Translations under genes and position numbers: made by a program
NCBI GenBank assembly: GCA_947588895.1
Contig: CANQBF010000003.1
Location: forward strand, 1-48,090
DNA length: 48,090 nt
Direction: 5' to 3'
DNA from: an uncultured Bacilli bacterium
Lineage (GTDB): Bacteria > Bacillota_I > Bacilli_A > RF39 > UBA660
The notes under the pieces: model-generated
The model's database searches: none
Told to the model about the DNA's origin: nothing
Seen by the model: the letters and a program-made list of their open reading frames with translations, nothing else
Part shown: in pieces, positions 1 through 9,900 of the stretch
How the letters are laid out: the number at the start of each line of letters is the position of its first letter
Numbering within the stretch: position 1 is the stretch's first letter

Positions 1-72
1 AGTGCTAATATAATTTTGTAGGTTTTTCGACATTTTTATATTCGTCTTTTCCTACATTTTTATATTAGCACT
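1..72. repeat. Inverted repeat (22-bp arms, 3 mismatches) with an internal 13-bp direct repeat
   Basis: AGTGCTAATATAATTTTGTAGG (1-22) vs CCTACATTTTTATATTAGCACT (51-72); ACATTTTTATATT at 30-42 and 54-66. May extend beyond the window start. Confidence 0.75.
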
Positions 73-336
73 ATCAAATATTTAAAAACTAAAATATGTA
101 AAATATTTGGTCATGATGTTGATTTAACGTATGCCATCATATGGTATGATGATAATAATACTTTGCATCTTGATGGGGATATCGATTGTATATGTGATTT
201 TTGTGGGAAGTTTTTAGATGAAGAAGATTGGAAAGATCCTGATTCATTATATAATTATGGAATAGTTATGCCAAAAAGGAAAGAAGATTTATCTTTACCA
301 TCATTTGAAGATTATCAAAGAAAACTAAAAAAATAA
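73..336 (+). pseudogene. 3' part of a small hypothetical gene without a usable start (CKIFGH...CxCxxC, possible Zn-binding)
   Basis: Frame 1 is open from 22 to TAA at 334-336 (IKYLKTKICKIFGHDVDL...DCICDFCG...QRKLKK). In-frame TAG at 19-21 lies inside the hairpin; no ATG/RBS before the protein-like part. Confidence 0.45.
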
Positions 337-350
337 TTTAAAACTTAAGT

Positions 351-1760
351 GAGTATGTAAAAAACTTTGTGTAAAGATAAATCCTTTCTATGGTAATATA
401 GAAATATATAACTAAGAAAGGATTTTTTATATGAAAGAAAATAAAAATAAAGAAGTTGTTAAATATTTATTAGAAAATTATGATATTAAAAATGCAAATG
501 ATATTGCTGCTGCATTGAAAGATATGTTTAAAGATACTATTCAAACCATGATGAATGCTGAATTTGATTCATCTATGGGTTATGAAAAAAGTGATAATAA
601 AATAGAAAAATCAAATTATAGAAATGGTTATTCTTCAAAAAAGGTAAAAAGTCAATTTGGTGAATTTGAATTAACCGTCCCTAGAGATAGAAATGCTGAA
701 TTTGAACCACAAATAGTTCCTAAGAATAAAAGAGATATTTCTGGTATTGAAGAGAAAGTTATAAATCTTTATGGAAAGGGATTATCAACTAGAGAAATAA
801 GTGATTCTATCGAAGATATCTATGGAGTTCAACTATCTGCTACAATGATAAGTAATATTACAGATGCAGTTTTAGAAGAAATAGAAGAATGGCAAAAAAG
901 GCCATTAAAAGAAGTATATCCAATTGTATTTATAGATGCAGTACATTTTAATGTAAAATGCGAAAATGTTATAGTAAAAAAAGCAGCTTATGTTATTTTG
1001 GGAGTTACTACTGAAGGATTTAAAGAAGTATTAGGAATATGGATTGGTGAAAATGAATCTGCAAAATATTGGTTAGGCACTTTAAATGAATTAAAGAACC
1101 GCGGAGTTAAAGACATATTAATTATATGTTCTGATGGTTTAAAAGGAATAAATGAAGCAATAAAAGCTGTTTATCCAAATGCTATGCAACAAAGATGTAT
1201 TGTTCATTTAATTAGAAATTCTGTTAAATTTGTTTCCTATAAACATTTAAAAGAGTTTTGTAATGATTTAAGAACTATATATAAATCAAATAATGAAAAG
1301 GAGGCACGAGAAAATTTAGAAAAAGTAAAAAATAAATGGAATTCCATTTATCCAACAAGTTTAAAAGTTTGGGAAGATAATTGGGAAGCAATTTGTACTT
1401 TATTCAATTATTCTAAAGAATTAAGAAAAATAATGTATACAACTAATGCTATTGAAAGTTTAAATCGTTCATATCGTAAATATACTAAAACTAAAGGTGT
1501 ATTTACTAGTGATAATTCTTTAATGAAATGTTTATTTCTAGCTACTAAAAATGTAGAGAAAAAATGGACTACTAGATATCCTAATTGGGATATGATTTAT
1601 AATGAACTTAATATTTTATATCCTGAACGATTAAATTGATCTTTGAAAATTATTCAGTTTGTGTTATTATTAAGATAACAAAAAAGAGATTGTTATAATC
1701 AATCTCAAATATCTTTATTACCATGGATTGGTAACTTTACACAAAGTTTTTTACACTCTC
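351..1760 (+). mobile_element. Complete IS256-family insertion sequence
   Basis: 26-bp terminal IRs GAGTATGTAAAAAACTTTGTGTAAAG (351-376) and CTTTACACAAAGTTTTTTACACTCTC (1735-1760), 2 mismatches; 8-bp target duplication ACTTAAGT at 343-350 and 1761-1768. Confidence 0.95.
431..1639 (+). CDS. IS256-family (Mutator-type DDE) transposase
   Basis: RNGY, VPRDR, FIDA, SDGLKG, QRCIVH, YTTNAIES motifs typical of IS256 transposases. Confidence 0.97.
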   Translation: MKENKNKEVVKYLLENYDIKNANDIAAALKDMFKDTIQTMMNAEFDSSMGYEKSDNKIEKSNYRNGYSSKKVKSQFGEFELTVPRDRNAEFEPQIVPKNKRDISGIEEKVINLYGKGLSTREISDSIEDIYGVQLSATMISNITDAVLEEIEEWQKRPLKEVYPIVFIDAVHFNVKCENVIVKKAAYVILGVTTEGFKEVLGIWIGENESAKYWLGTLNELKNRGVKDILIICSDGLKGINEAIKAVYPNAMQQRCIVHLIRNSVKFVSYKHLKEFCNDLRTIYKSNNEKEARENLEKVKNKWNSIYPTSLKVWEDNWEAICTLFNYSKELRKIMYTTNAIESLNRSYRKYTKTKGVFTSDNSLMKCLFLATKNVEKKWTTRYPNWDMIYNELNILYPERLN

Positions 1761-1764
1761 ACTT

Positions 1765-1790
1765 AAGTCCTTAGTTGGGCTTTTTGTTTT
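1765..1790 (+). terminator. Probable intrinsic terminator at the IS insertion site
   Basis: AAGTCC-TTAGTT-GGGCTT stem (one G-U) followed by TTTGTTTT. Confidence 0.5.
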
Positions 1791-1801
1791 GGAATATATA
1801 T

Positions 1802-1838
1802 AAAAACGCTAATAATTTTAAGAACTACTAGCGTTTTT
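1802..1838 (-). terminator. Intrinsic terminator of the 715-aa gene
   Basis: Minus-strand RNA forms ACGCTAGTAGTT/AATTATTAGCGT stem with G-U pairs, followed by a U tract. Confidence 0.75.
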
Positions 1839-1840
1839 TA

Positions 1841-3988
1841 TTAATTCTTCTTTAATTTCTTTTTATTTGTATTTAAATATTCTAATATTAAATTATCTTT
1901 TAATTCTTGATTATAATTTGTATTAAGTATTTTTATACCAAATTTTTCATCTATCAAACTTATAAGAACATCTTCCATATTTTCATAACAATATTCTTCT
2001 ATTGCTTCAGTTAAAACTTTATTAATTAATTCTTTATAATCAATTAGAATATTATCATTATCTTCTTGATCAATTAATTTATTAATTAAGTAATCTCTAA
2101 CCATTGTAGATTCTTGATCTTGAATTTTAAAATAATTAGATTTTGCTATACCATCAATTAAAATAATAGTTGCATTTCTCTTAAGAAGTGCTCTTTCTTT
2201 AACAATATCTTTATTATCTTCTTTAGAATTTTTAATTTCTAGTTTCATTTTCTTATCACAATAGATAAATGTTTTACAAATATTTAAAATAAAATCATAA
2301 TTATTATTTATTGCTTTTTCTTCATTAACGAATTTTATTAAGTAATTATTTAAAAATTCATCTTTAGATTCTTGCATAATATTTAATAGTTCTCTTTGAT
2401 GTGGCAAATATTTCTTGTTAGTCATAATCTTATAATACATTTCTTGCTTGTTATTATCTTTTTCATAAAGATATAAATAGGCATATTTTTTATTTAATCC
2501 TAGTTTTTTAAAATTACTATTTTCAACTATCTCTATACCCTTTGCTAATACGCATTCATTAGTTTTATTACTAAATAACTTAATTATAGTTATAAAATTT
2601 TTAAAATCATTGTTAGTAATTCTGTTATAATAATATTTATTTAATTCATCGTTAATTAACTTATAATATTGTGAATAATTTTCGAGTAACTCAATAAAAT
2701 CAAATATCAAATCATTTTTAGCTAGCTTATTTACATAAATAAAGATTTCTTTAACATTGTTTGAAATATTGTAATCATCAATATTTCTTATTAAATTAAG
2801 ACATCTTTTATTTAGATTAAGATTAATTAAAAATGGATTTTTATAAACTTCTAATTCATAAAAATCAAATCCTACTGGAGAATTCATTATTTCATTAGCA
2901 TATTCTAAAGAAAGGTCCATGTTAATAAGATTTGAATCAATTAGTACTTCATATACACCATATAAGTCTTTACTTTTAATAAATATATCTAAACTTTCAT
3001 AAACAATATTCTTTTCATTAATTAAATCATTAGTAATAATACTATATGCTTTCGAAATACTAGTTTGAATATTGGCAAGTATTCTAGCATATTTTATCTT
3101 TTTAGATTCTAATAACTTTAAAACAACTGTATACGCTTTTTTATTGGTATTATAAACTAAATTAATAATATTTAAACTTTCTTTTAATTCTTCATCACTA
3201 AAATTATTATCAAATGCCACTACTAAAAATTGTCCAAATTCATCAACATCATCTATCAACAAATTATTAATTAATTCTTTATTTGTACTAAAAATATTAT
3301 TTATTTTTTCTATATTGTTTTTAAAAAGGTTAAGAAAATGTTTTTTATCAATATCAGAAAAAGGCATTTTTTTAATAAATTTACAAACTAATAAAGTATT
3401 ATCACTAAATGTATTGTTTATTATAAATTCATAAGTATCTTCATTAAGAACTTCAATATTTTTCATACTATCATTATTACATTTATCTTTTATTATATTG
3501 ATTATTGAATCTATATCTAAATTGGAAAAACGAAATTTAGATAAATTATTAATAATCATATCTATTAAATTATTATTAATTAATTTCTCATTAGTTAAAT
3601 AACTATATAAGTTTTTAGCATCAAAATTTGCAACATTTTCAATAAATATATTTGCATATTTAATAGTTAGATTTTTATCTCTTAACATTTTATTATCAAA
3701 AATTTTTATTAAACAATCTAAACCATCTCTTTCACAAAAGATACCATAATTGAATGTAACAACAACTCTATTCCAAACGCCAATAACATCAAGTAAGTCT
3801 TGTTCATCACTAAAATATTTTAATGAGTTTATAACTGCATATACTAGTTCTCCTCTGTATGGTAATTTATTTAATTCATCTATTACTTTATTACTATAAT
3901 TTAATACTCTTTTTAAATCTTCAATAGAAATTAAATCATTATATTTTAGTATATTTAGTAAATCTTCATTTATATTGTTTTTTTTCAT
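1841..3988 (-). CDS. Hypothetical protein (715 aa, N/I/L/K-rich, probably helical)
   Basis: Long ORF with GGAGG RBS and own promoter; no recognisable motif. Confidence 0.8.
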   Translation of the reverse strand: MKKNNINEDLLNILKYNDLISIEDLKRVLNYSNKVIDELNKLPYRGELVYAVINSLKYFSDEQDLLDVIGVWNRVVVTFNYGIFCERDGLDCLIKIFDNKMLRDKNLTIKYANIFIENVANFDAKNLYSYLTNEKLINNNLIDMIINNLSKFRFSNLDIDSIINIIKDKCNNDSMKNIEVLNEDTYEFIINNTFSDNTLLVCKFIKKMPFSDIDKKHFLNLFKNNIEKINNIFSTNKELINNLLIDDVDEFGQFLVVAFDNNFSDEELKESLNIINLVYNTNKKAYTVVLKLLESKKIKYARILANIQTSISKAYSIITNDLINEKNIVYESLDIFIKSKDLYGVYEVLIDSNLINMDLSLEYANEIMNSPVGFDFYELEVYKNPFLINLNLNKRCLNLIRNIDDYNISNNVKEIFIYVNKLAKNDLIFDFIELLENYSQYYKLINDELNKYYYNRITNNDFKNFITIIKLFSNKTNECVLAKGIEIVENSNFKKLGLNKKYAYLYLYEKDNNKQEMYYKIMTNKKYLPHQRELLNIMQESKDEFLNNYLIKFVNEEKAINNNYDFILNICKTFIYCDKKMKLEIKNSKEDNKDIVKERALLKRNATIILIDGIAKSNYFKIQDQESTMVRDYLINKLIDQEDNDNILIDYKELINKVLTEAIEEYCYENMEDVLISLIDEKFGIKILNTNYNQELKDNLILEYLNTNKKKLKKN

Positions 3989-4022
3989 ATATAACCCTCC
4001 ATTACAAATATAATTATATGCG

Positions 4023-4052
4023 TATTTTTAAACGCCTGTCAATATTAATTAA
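4023..4052 (-). promoter_or_regulatory. Sigma-A-type promoter region of the 715-aa gene
   Basis: Minus strand TTGACA-18 nt-TATAAT; the spacer contains a GCGT...ACGC inverted repeat. Coordinates approximate. Confidence 0.55.
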
Positions 4053-4136
4053 TTAGTAAATTTTTTATTTGCTTAAACTATGAGTATCCATTTTATCATA
4101 TTTTATCTATATAATTCTGCAATATCTTTTAAATCT

Positions 4137-4934
4137 TTAATCTAAAAAATTACACTTCTTACATAATTCTTCACATTTTTTATTTTCTTGAAAACATGCT
4201 AACATAGTTTGATATCTCTTACTATTTATAATATCATCTAAATTATCTTGATAAATATTACCTAAATTAATAATCCCTTCTGTATCTAGGCAACATGGTA
4301 TAATTGTTCCATCAACCAAAATACCAATATGGTCTTTTAAAGCATAACATTTACCCTTATCATTATAATAATCATTAGTAAGTGATGGCCAAATAAATTC
4401 ATGACCCATACTTATAAAAACATGATTATTTATTTTAAAATTTTCTTCTAACTTAATTTCTTTATGAAAATAATTTTCTAAATACTCTTTTATTTTTAAA
4501 TTATTTTCATTATCCACCCAAAATCTTAAATTAAAATAAGTATTAGGTAAATTATTAATAACATTAATTATATTATTAAGATATTCTTCTAAAGTTAAAT
4601 TATATTTATTATTAAAACTATGAAGCGAAATATTTATTTGTCTTATATTTTGATTATCTTTTATTTTATTAATTAAATATCCATTAGTAGTTATATTAAT
4701 ATAAAAATCTTTACTAGCAATATTTATAAGTTCATTAATATTAGGATGTAATAAAGGTTCACCTAAAACATGAAAATATAAATATTTAGTATAAAATTTT
4801 ATTTTAGATAATATTATTTTAAAATTAGCAATACTTATAAATTCATTCTTTCTTTTATTTTGAATACAAAAAGGACATTTTAAATTACAATTATTAGTTA
4901 TTTCTAAATATATTTTTTTATACATTACATTCAT
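4137..4934 (-). CDS. Radical SAM/SPASM domain protein
   Basis: CNLKCPFC (CxxxCxxC), GEPLLHP, C-terminal C...PCC...CxxxCxxC SPASM-type cysteines. Confidence 0.9.
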   Translation of the reverse strand: MNVMYKKIYLEITNNCNLKCPFCIQNKRKNEFISIANFKIILSKIKFYTKYLYFHVLGEPLLHPNINELINIASKDFYINITTNGYLINKIKDNQNIRQINISLHSFNNKYNLTLEEYLNNIINVINNLPNTYFNLRFWVDNENNLKIKEYLENYFHKEIKLEENFKINNHVFISMGHEFIWPSLTNDYYNDKGKCYALKDHIGILVDGTIIPCCLDTEGIINLGNIYQDNLDDIINSKRYQTMLACFQENKKCEELCKKCNFLD

Positions 4935-4938
4935 CCAA

Positions 4939-5268
4939 TTAATTTACAAAATCACTAACATCACTTTTTTTAATGATATCACCTTTTTTAATATCTTTAT
5001 TAGCCATTTTATTTGCTAACTCATTAAAACTTATCATTTCACCTTTAGGTATATCATCTAAATCAATATCAATTACTCCAATAAAATCAAAATCTATTTT
5101 TTCTCCTTTAACAATATCTTTTTTGGCAACAGGAACCCTAACATTAGTAATTGCAGCATTAACTCTATCATCATAAACTTTATGCAAAAATAAAATTGAA
5201 CAAAATACTACCCATACTACTGCAATTATTACAATTAAAATTATTAAAAATATATTTTTATTTTGCAT
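4939..5268 (-). CDS. Membrane-anchored SAF-domain protein
   Basis: N-terminal TM helix followed by VPVAKKDIVKGEKI...ANKDIKKGDII (SAF/beta-clip pattern). Confidence 0.7.
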   Translation of the reverse strand: MQNKNIFLIILIVIIAVVWVVFCSILFLHKVYDDRVNAAITNVRVPVAKKDIVKGEKIDFDFIGVIDIDLDDIPKGEMISFNELANKMANKDIKKGDIIKKSDVSDFVN

Positions 5269-5368
5269 ATCAAACTCACCTTTAACTAATTATATCAAAT
5301 ATATTTTTAAAACAAAATAGTGTTATTATTTTCTTTATTATGATAAAATTAAAGGGAGGTAATATAAA

Positions 5369-6754
5369 ATGTATGATGTAGTTATAGTGGGCGCAGGTCC
5401 AGCTGGTTTATTTACGGCTTATGAATTAATCAAAAAGAATAAAAAGTTAAAAGTGTTATTACTAGACCAAGGTAAATTTGCTAAACATCGAGTATGTCCA
5501 ATGAAAAAAACTAATATATGTGTTGGTTGTAATCCTTGTGGTATCTTATCAGGTTATGGTGGTGCTGGAACATTTTCTGATGGCAAATTAAACTTCATTC
5601 CTAAACTTGGTAAATCCGATTTATATAAATATATGAGTATTAGTGAAGCTGAAAAATTAATTGATGATACTGAAGAAATATTTAATGAATTTGGTATGGA
5701 TAGCGATGTATATCCAACTAATATGGAAGAAGCCAAAAAGATACAAGAAAAGATTGCCAAAGAAGGGGCGAGTCTTTTAATTATTAAACAAAAACATTTA
5801 GGTAGTGATAAATTACCAGAGTATATTCAAAATTTTACTGAATATTTAAAAAATGCTGGCGTTGATATTTTAGAAAATGCTTGTGTTAAAGATATTGAAG
5901 AAATAGATAAAGGCAATTATAAAGTTATTTATAATGATAAAGAAATAGATACAAGATATGTTGTTGTAGCTCCAGGTAGAACTGGTGCAAAATGGATTCA
6001 AGAACTTGCTGATAAATACAAAATACCTTATGTATCACAAAGTATTGAAATTGGAGTTAGAGTTGAAGTAAGAAAAGAAATATTAAAAGAATTATGTAGT
6101 GTTATTTATGACCCAACTATATTTATTAAAACTGCTACTTACAATGACCAAATAAGAACATTTTGTACTAATCCCGAAGGTTTTGTAACTAAAGAAAACT
6201 ATTATGGTTATATATGTGTTAATGGTCATGCTTTAAAAGAAGTTAAATCTAATAATTCTAATTTTGCATTTATATCTAAAGTTAATTTAACTCATCCATC
6301 AACTAACACTAGAGAATATGGCGAATGCATTGCGAGAATTGCCAATACTTTAGGTAATGGAAAACCAATAGTTCAATCATTAAGAGATTTAAAAGCCGGT
6401 AGACGAAGTACGATTGAAAGAATAAATAAAGGATTCATTGAACCAACATTAAAAGATGTAGTTGCAGGAGATTTAGCATTAGTTCTTCCCCATAGAATTA
6501 TTAAAAATATTTTAGAAGGATTAGAAACTCTTGATAAAATAATTCCAGGTGTTAATAATGGCGAAACATTACTATATGGACCAGAGATAAAATTCTTTAG
6601 TAATGAAATAACTACCGATAATCATATGAAGCTTTTAGACCATAATATATACTTTATTGGCGATGGTGCTGGTAAAGCCGGAAACATTGTTGCAGCAGCA
6701 GCGACAGGCTTAGTTGCAGCTCGTGATATTATAGAAAAAGAGAGTAAAAAATAA
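5369..6754 (+). CDS. NAD(P)/FAD-dependent oxidoreductase
   Basis: GAGPAG Rossmann motif, Cys cluster, GGAGTFSDGKL, RTFCTNP, GDGAG; GGGAGG RBS. Confidence 0.9.
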   Translation: MYDVVIVGAGPAGLFTAYELIKKNKKLKVLLLDQGKFAKHRVCPMKKTNICVGCNPCGILSGYGGAGTFSDGKLNFIPKLGKSDLYKYMSISEAEKLIDDTEEIFNEFGMDSDVYPTNMEEAKKIQEKIAKEGASLLIIKQKHLGSDKLPEYIQNFTEYLKNAGVDILENACVKDIEEIDKGNYKVIYNDKEIDTRYVVVAPGRTGAKWIQELADKYKIPYVSQSIEIGVRVEVRKEILKELCSVIYDPTIFIKTATYNDQIRTFCTNPEGFVTKENYYGYICVNGHALKEVKSNNSNFAFISKVNLTHPSTNTREYGECIARIANTLGNGKPIVQSLRDLKAGRRSTIERINKGFIEPTLKDVVAGDLALVLPHRIIKNILEGLETLDKIIPGVNNGETLLYGPEIKFFSNEITTDNHMKLLDHNIYFIGDGAGKAGNIVAAAATGLVAARDIIEKESKK

Positions 6755-6790
6755 TATCAAAAAATTTTTTAAAAAAGTGTTAAAAAAGTG

Positions 6791-6819
6791 TTGACAAATT
6801 AAGTGAAATCGATTAGGAT
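6791..6819 (+). promoter_or_regulatory. Strong sigma-A promoter with UP-like A/T tracts
   Basis: TTGACA (6791-6796)-17 nt-TAGGAT (6814-6819); upstream tandem TAAAAAAGTGT x2 and AAAAATTTTTT. Confidence 0.75.
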
Positions 6820-6824
6820 AGTAA

Positions 6825-6921
6825 TCACCAATTCGGAAATTCTCGAATTGGTGCTAGTATCACACTAGTCAACCCCTTTTTATTCTTTGAGAACATGTGC
6901 AAACATGTTCTCGTTTTTTTT
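6825..6921 (+). ncRNA. Candidate orphan small regulatory RNA (~95 nt)
   Basis: Promoter, 10-bp stem (6826-6853), 5-bp stem (6854-6868), single-stranded AACCCCTTTTTATTC, terminator; no ORF/RBS inside. Confidence 0.65.
6889..6921 (+). terminator. Intrinsic terminator (sRNA / oxidoreductase)
   Basis: GAGAACATGT-GCAA-ACATGTTCTC then G and T8. Confidence 0.85.
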
Positions 6922-6932
6922 ATTATTTAAAA

Positions 6933-6962
6933 AATGTTGAAAACCTTTAAGCTTTCAACATT
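6933..6962 (-). terminator. Intrinsic terminator of PFOR gene
   Basis: AATGTTGAAA...TTTCAACATT inverted repeat flanked by A/T tracts just past the PFOR stop. Confidence 0.7.
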
Positions 6963-6968
6963 ATTTTT

Positions 6969-9900
6969 TTATACCAACTTTTTATAATAATTATATCTTT
7001 TAATTGCATTCTCTTTTTGTGACTCTAATAAATCATGAGCAAGTTGTTCATCTTTAATTTTCAATGCTTTAAATCTTACTTCATTATCTAAAAATTCTTG
7101 ATAACGATTAAAATCTGGTTCTTTACTATCTAAATATAATTTTTCTTCTTCAGGATTATAATGCATTAAAAGTTCATAACCAACATCTACAGCTAATTTG
7201 CCTTCACTTACTGCACAAGATAAACCATTTTTTATACCATGTTCAACACAAGGCGAATAAGCAATAATTAAAGCTGGTCCATTATGCTCCATAGCTTCTT
7301 TTAAAACTTTAATTGTATGCATTGGATTTGCTCCCATTGAAATACTTGCAACATAACAATTTGGATAACTCATTGCAATTCTAAATAAATCTTTTTTATA
7401 AGTTTTTTTACCAAAATCTGCAAATTCTGCAACTGCACCTATTTTACTAGATTTACTCATTTGTCCACCAGTATTTGAATAAACCTCTGTATCTAATACT
7501 AAACATTTTATATTTCTATTTTGACTTAATACATGGTCTAGACCGCCAAAACCAATATCATAAGCCCAACCATCTCCACCGATTGCCCAAACAACTCTAG
7601 ATGGAATATAATCAATTAAATCCTTTAAATCTTTAGGAATATTTTTATCATTTAAATTATCTCTAACACTAGTAGTTATTTTAACATCTTCCATATTTGC
7701 TAACCATAATTCATATTGTTTCTTTATATCTTCTTCAACTGAATTAATACTCATTTCCATTATTTCTTTAATTCTATTTCTTTTATTTTGGTAAGATGCA
7801 TCAATACCTAAAGCAAATTCAGCATTATCTTCAAATAATGAATTAGCCCAAGGAATACTATAAGGAGTTGATGGAGCACTTCCACCATAAATTGATGAAC
7901 AACCAGTGGCATTAGCAATCACTAATTCATCCCCATAAAGTTGTGTAAGTAATCTTATATATGGTGTTTCTCCACAGCCAGCACAAGCTCCACTAAATTT
8001 AAACTTACTTTTTTGCAAGGAAGCTCCCTTAATATTAAATTTATCCATTAATTCAGGATTTTCATAATTTTCAAAATATTTATTTACAATTTCTAAATTT
8101 TCTTTATTAGAATTACCAAAACTTAAAGCTTGAGTTGGACAATTTTTAATACATAAACCACATCCCGTACAATCTTTTTCAGAAATAGCTAAATAATAAT
8201 TATATTCTTCTTTTCCAACATATTTTTTACCAATATTATCTTTAGTAACTATTGGTCTTATAACTCCATGAGGACATATAATATTACATTTGCCACATTC
8301 AATACATTTTTCCATATCCCAAACAGGAATTAAATATGAAACACCTCTTTTTTCCTCACTAGCAAGATTCCATGGGAAAGCTCCATTACGATATGGCACT
8401 AATTCACTTACTTTTAAACTATTACCTTCTCTACAATTAATCTTTTCAAAAATATTTTGTTTTAATTTAACTGGTTCATCTACTTCATGTAAATTTTCTA
8501 AAATCTTTAAACTATCAAGTGAATTATTTAATGCATTAATGTTATTATTTATTACTTCTTCTCCTTTGGTAACAAATGTTTTTTTTATTAATTCTACTAC
8601 TTTTTCATAACCATTTGGAATATTTAATAACTTTAATATAACCATTTCAATTATTTTATTTATTTTACCATTAATATTATTATTTAAAACAATTACTGAT
8701 GCATCAATATAAAATACCTTAATCTTTTTATTATTAATAATATTTTTTAAATTATTAGGTAAAAATTCATTTAATTCTTTTTCATTTTTATTAGTATTTA
8801 ATAATAAAATACCATTATCTTTAATACTATCTAATACTTTAAATCTTTTTAAATATTCATCTTTCGTAACTACAACTATCTCTGGATTTTCAACATAAAA
8901 TGGTGCATTTATTTTACTTTTACTCCATCTTAAATTAGAAATAGTTACCCCACCACTTTTTTTAGAATCATATTCAAAATATCCTTCAACATAATTATCT
9001 TCTTCAGCAATAATTTTAAGCATTTCTTTACTAGCACTAACCATTCCATCAGAGCCAAAACCAAATATTTTTATTTCTTTAGCATCAAGTTCTATATTAT
9101 AATCTTCTTCTTCCAAAGATAAATTAGTAACATCATCATTAATACCAATCGTAAAATTATTTTGAAGTTTAGTTTTTAACATTTTAAAAACACTATAAAT
9201 ATGTTTAGGTGTCGTATTTTTACTAGATAAACCATATCTACCACCAACTATATTAATATTTTTATCATGTAGAGCACTAACAATATCTAAATATAATGGT
9301 TCTCCAATACTACCAGCTTCTTTTGTTCTATCTAATACAGCAATATTTTTAACTGAAGATGGTAAAACATCTAATAAATATTTAACACTAAAAGGTCTAT
9401 ATAAATGAACATTTATAAGTCCTACTTTTTCGCCTTTTTTATTTAAATCATCTACTACTAATTTAATTGTATCAGTTACACTTCCCATCGCAATAATTAT
9501 ATTAGTTGCATTACTATCGCCATAATAATTAAATGGTTTATAAGAAGTATGCATAATATTATTAATTTTTTCCATATATTCATTAACAATATCAGGCATT
9601 TTTAAATAAAGTTCATTTCTTGCTTCAACTGATTGAAAATATATATCTTCATTTTCAGCTAAACCATATTGAACACCACAATTTACATTTAAGCATTTAT
9701 TTTTATAATCATTTATATTATCCCAAGGAATTAATTTTAACACTTCTTTTTCATCAATTAAATCAATCGTATTAAGTTCATGACTAGTTCTAAAACCATC
9801 AAAAAAATGAACAAAAGGTAAACTTCCTTTAATCGCCGCTAAATGAGCAACAACTGCTAAATTTTGAGCATCTTCAACATTCGAAGATGATAACATACAA

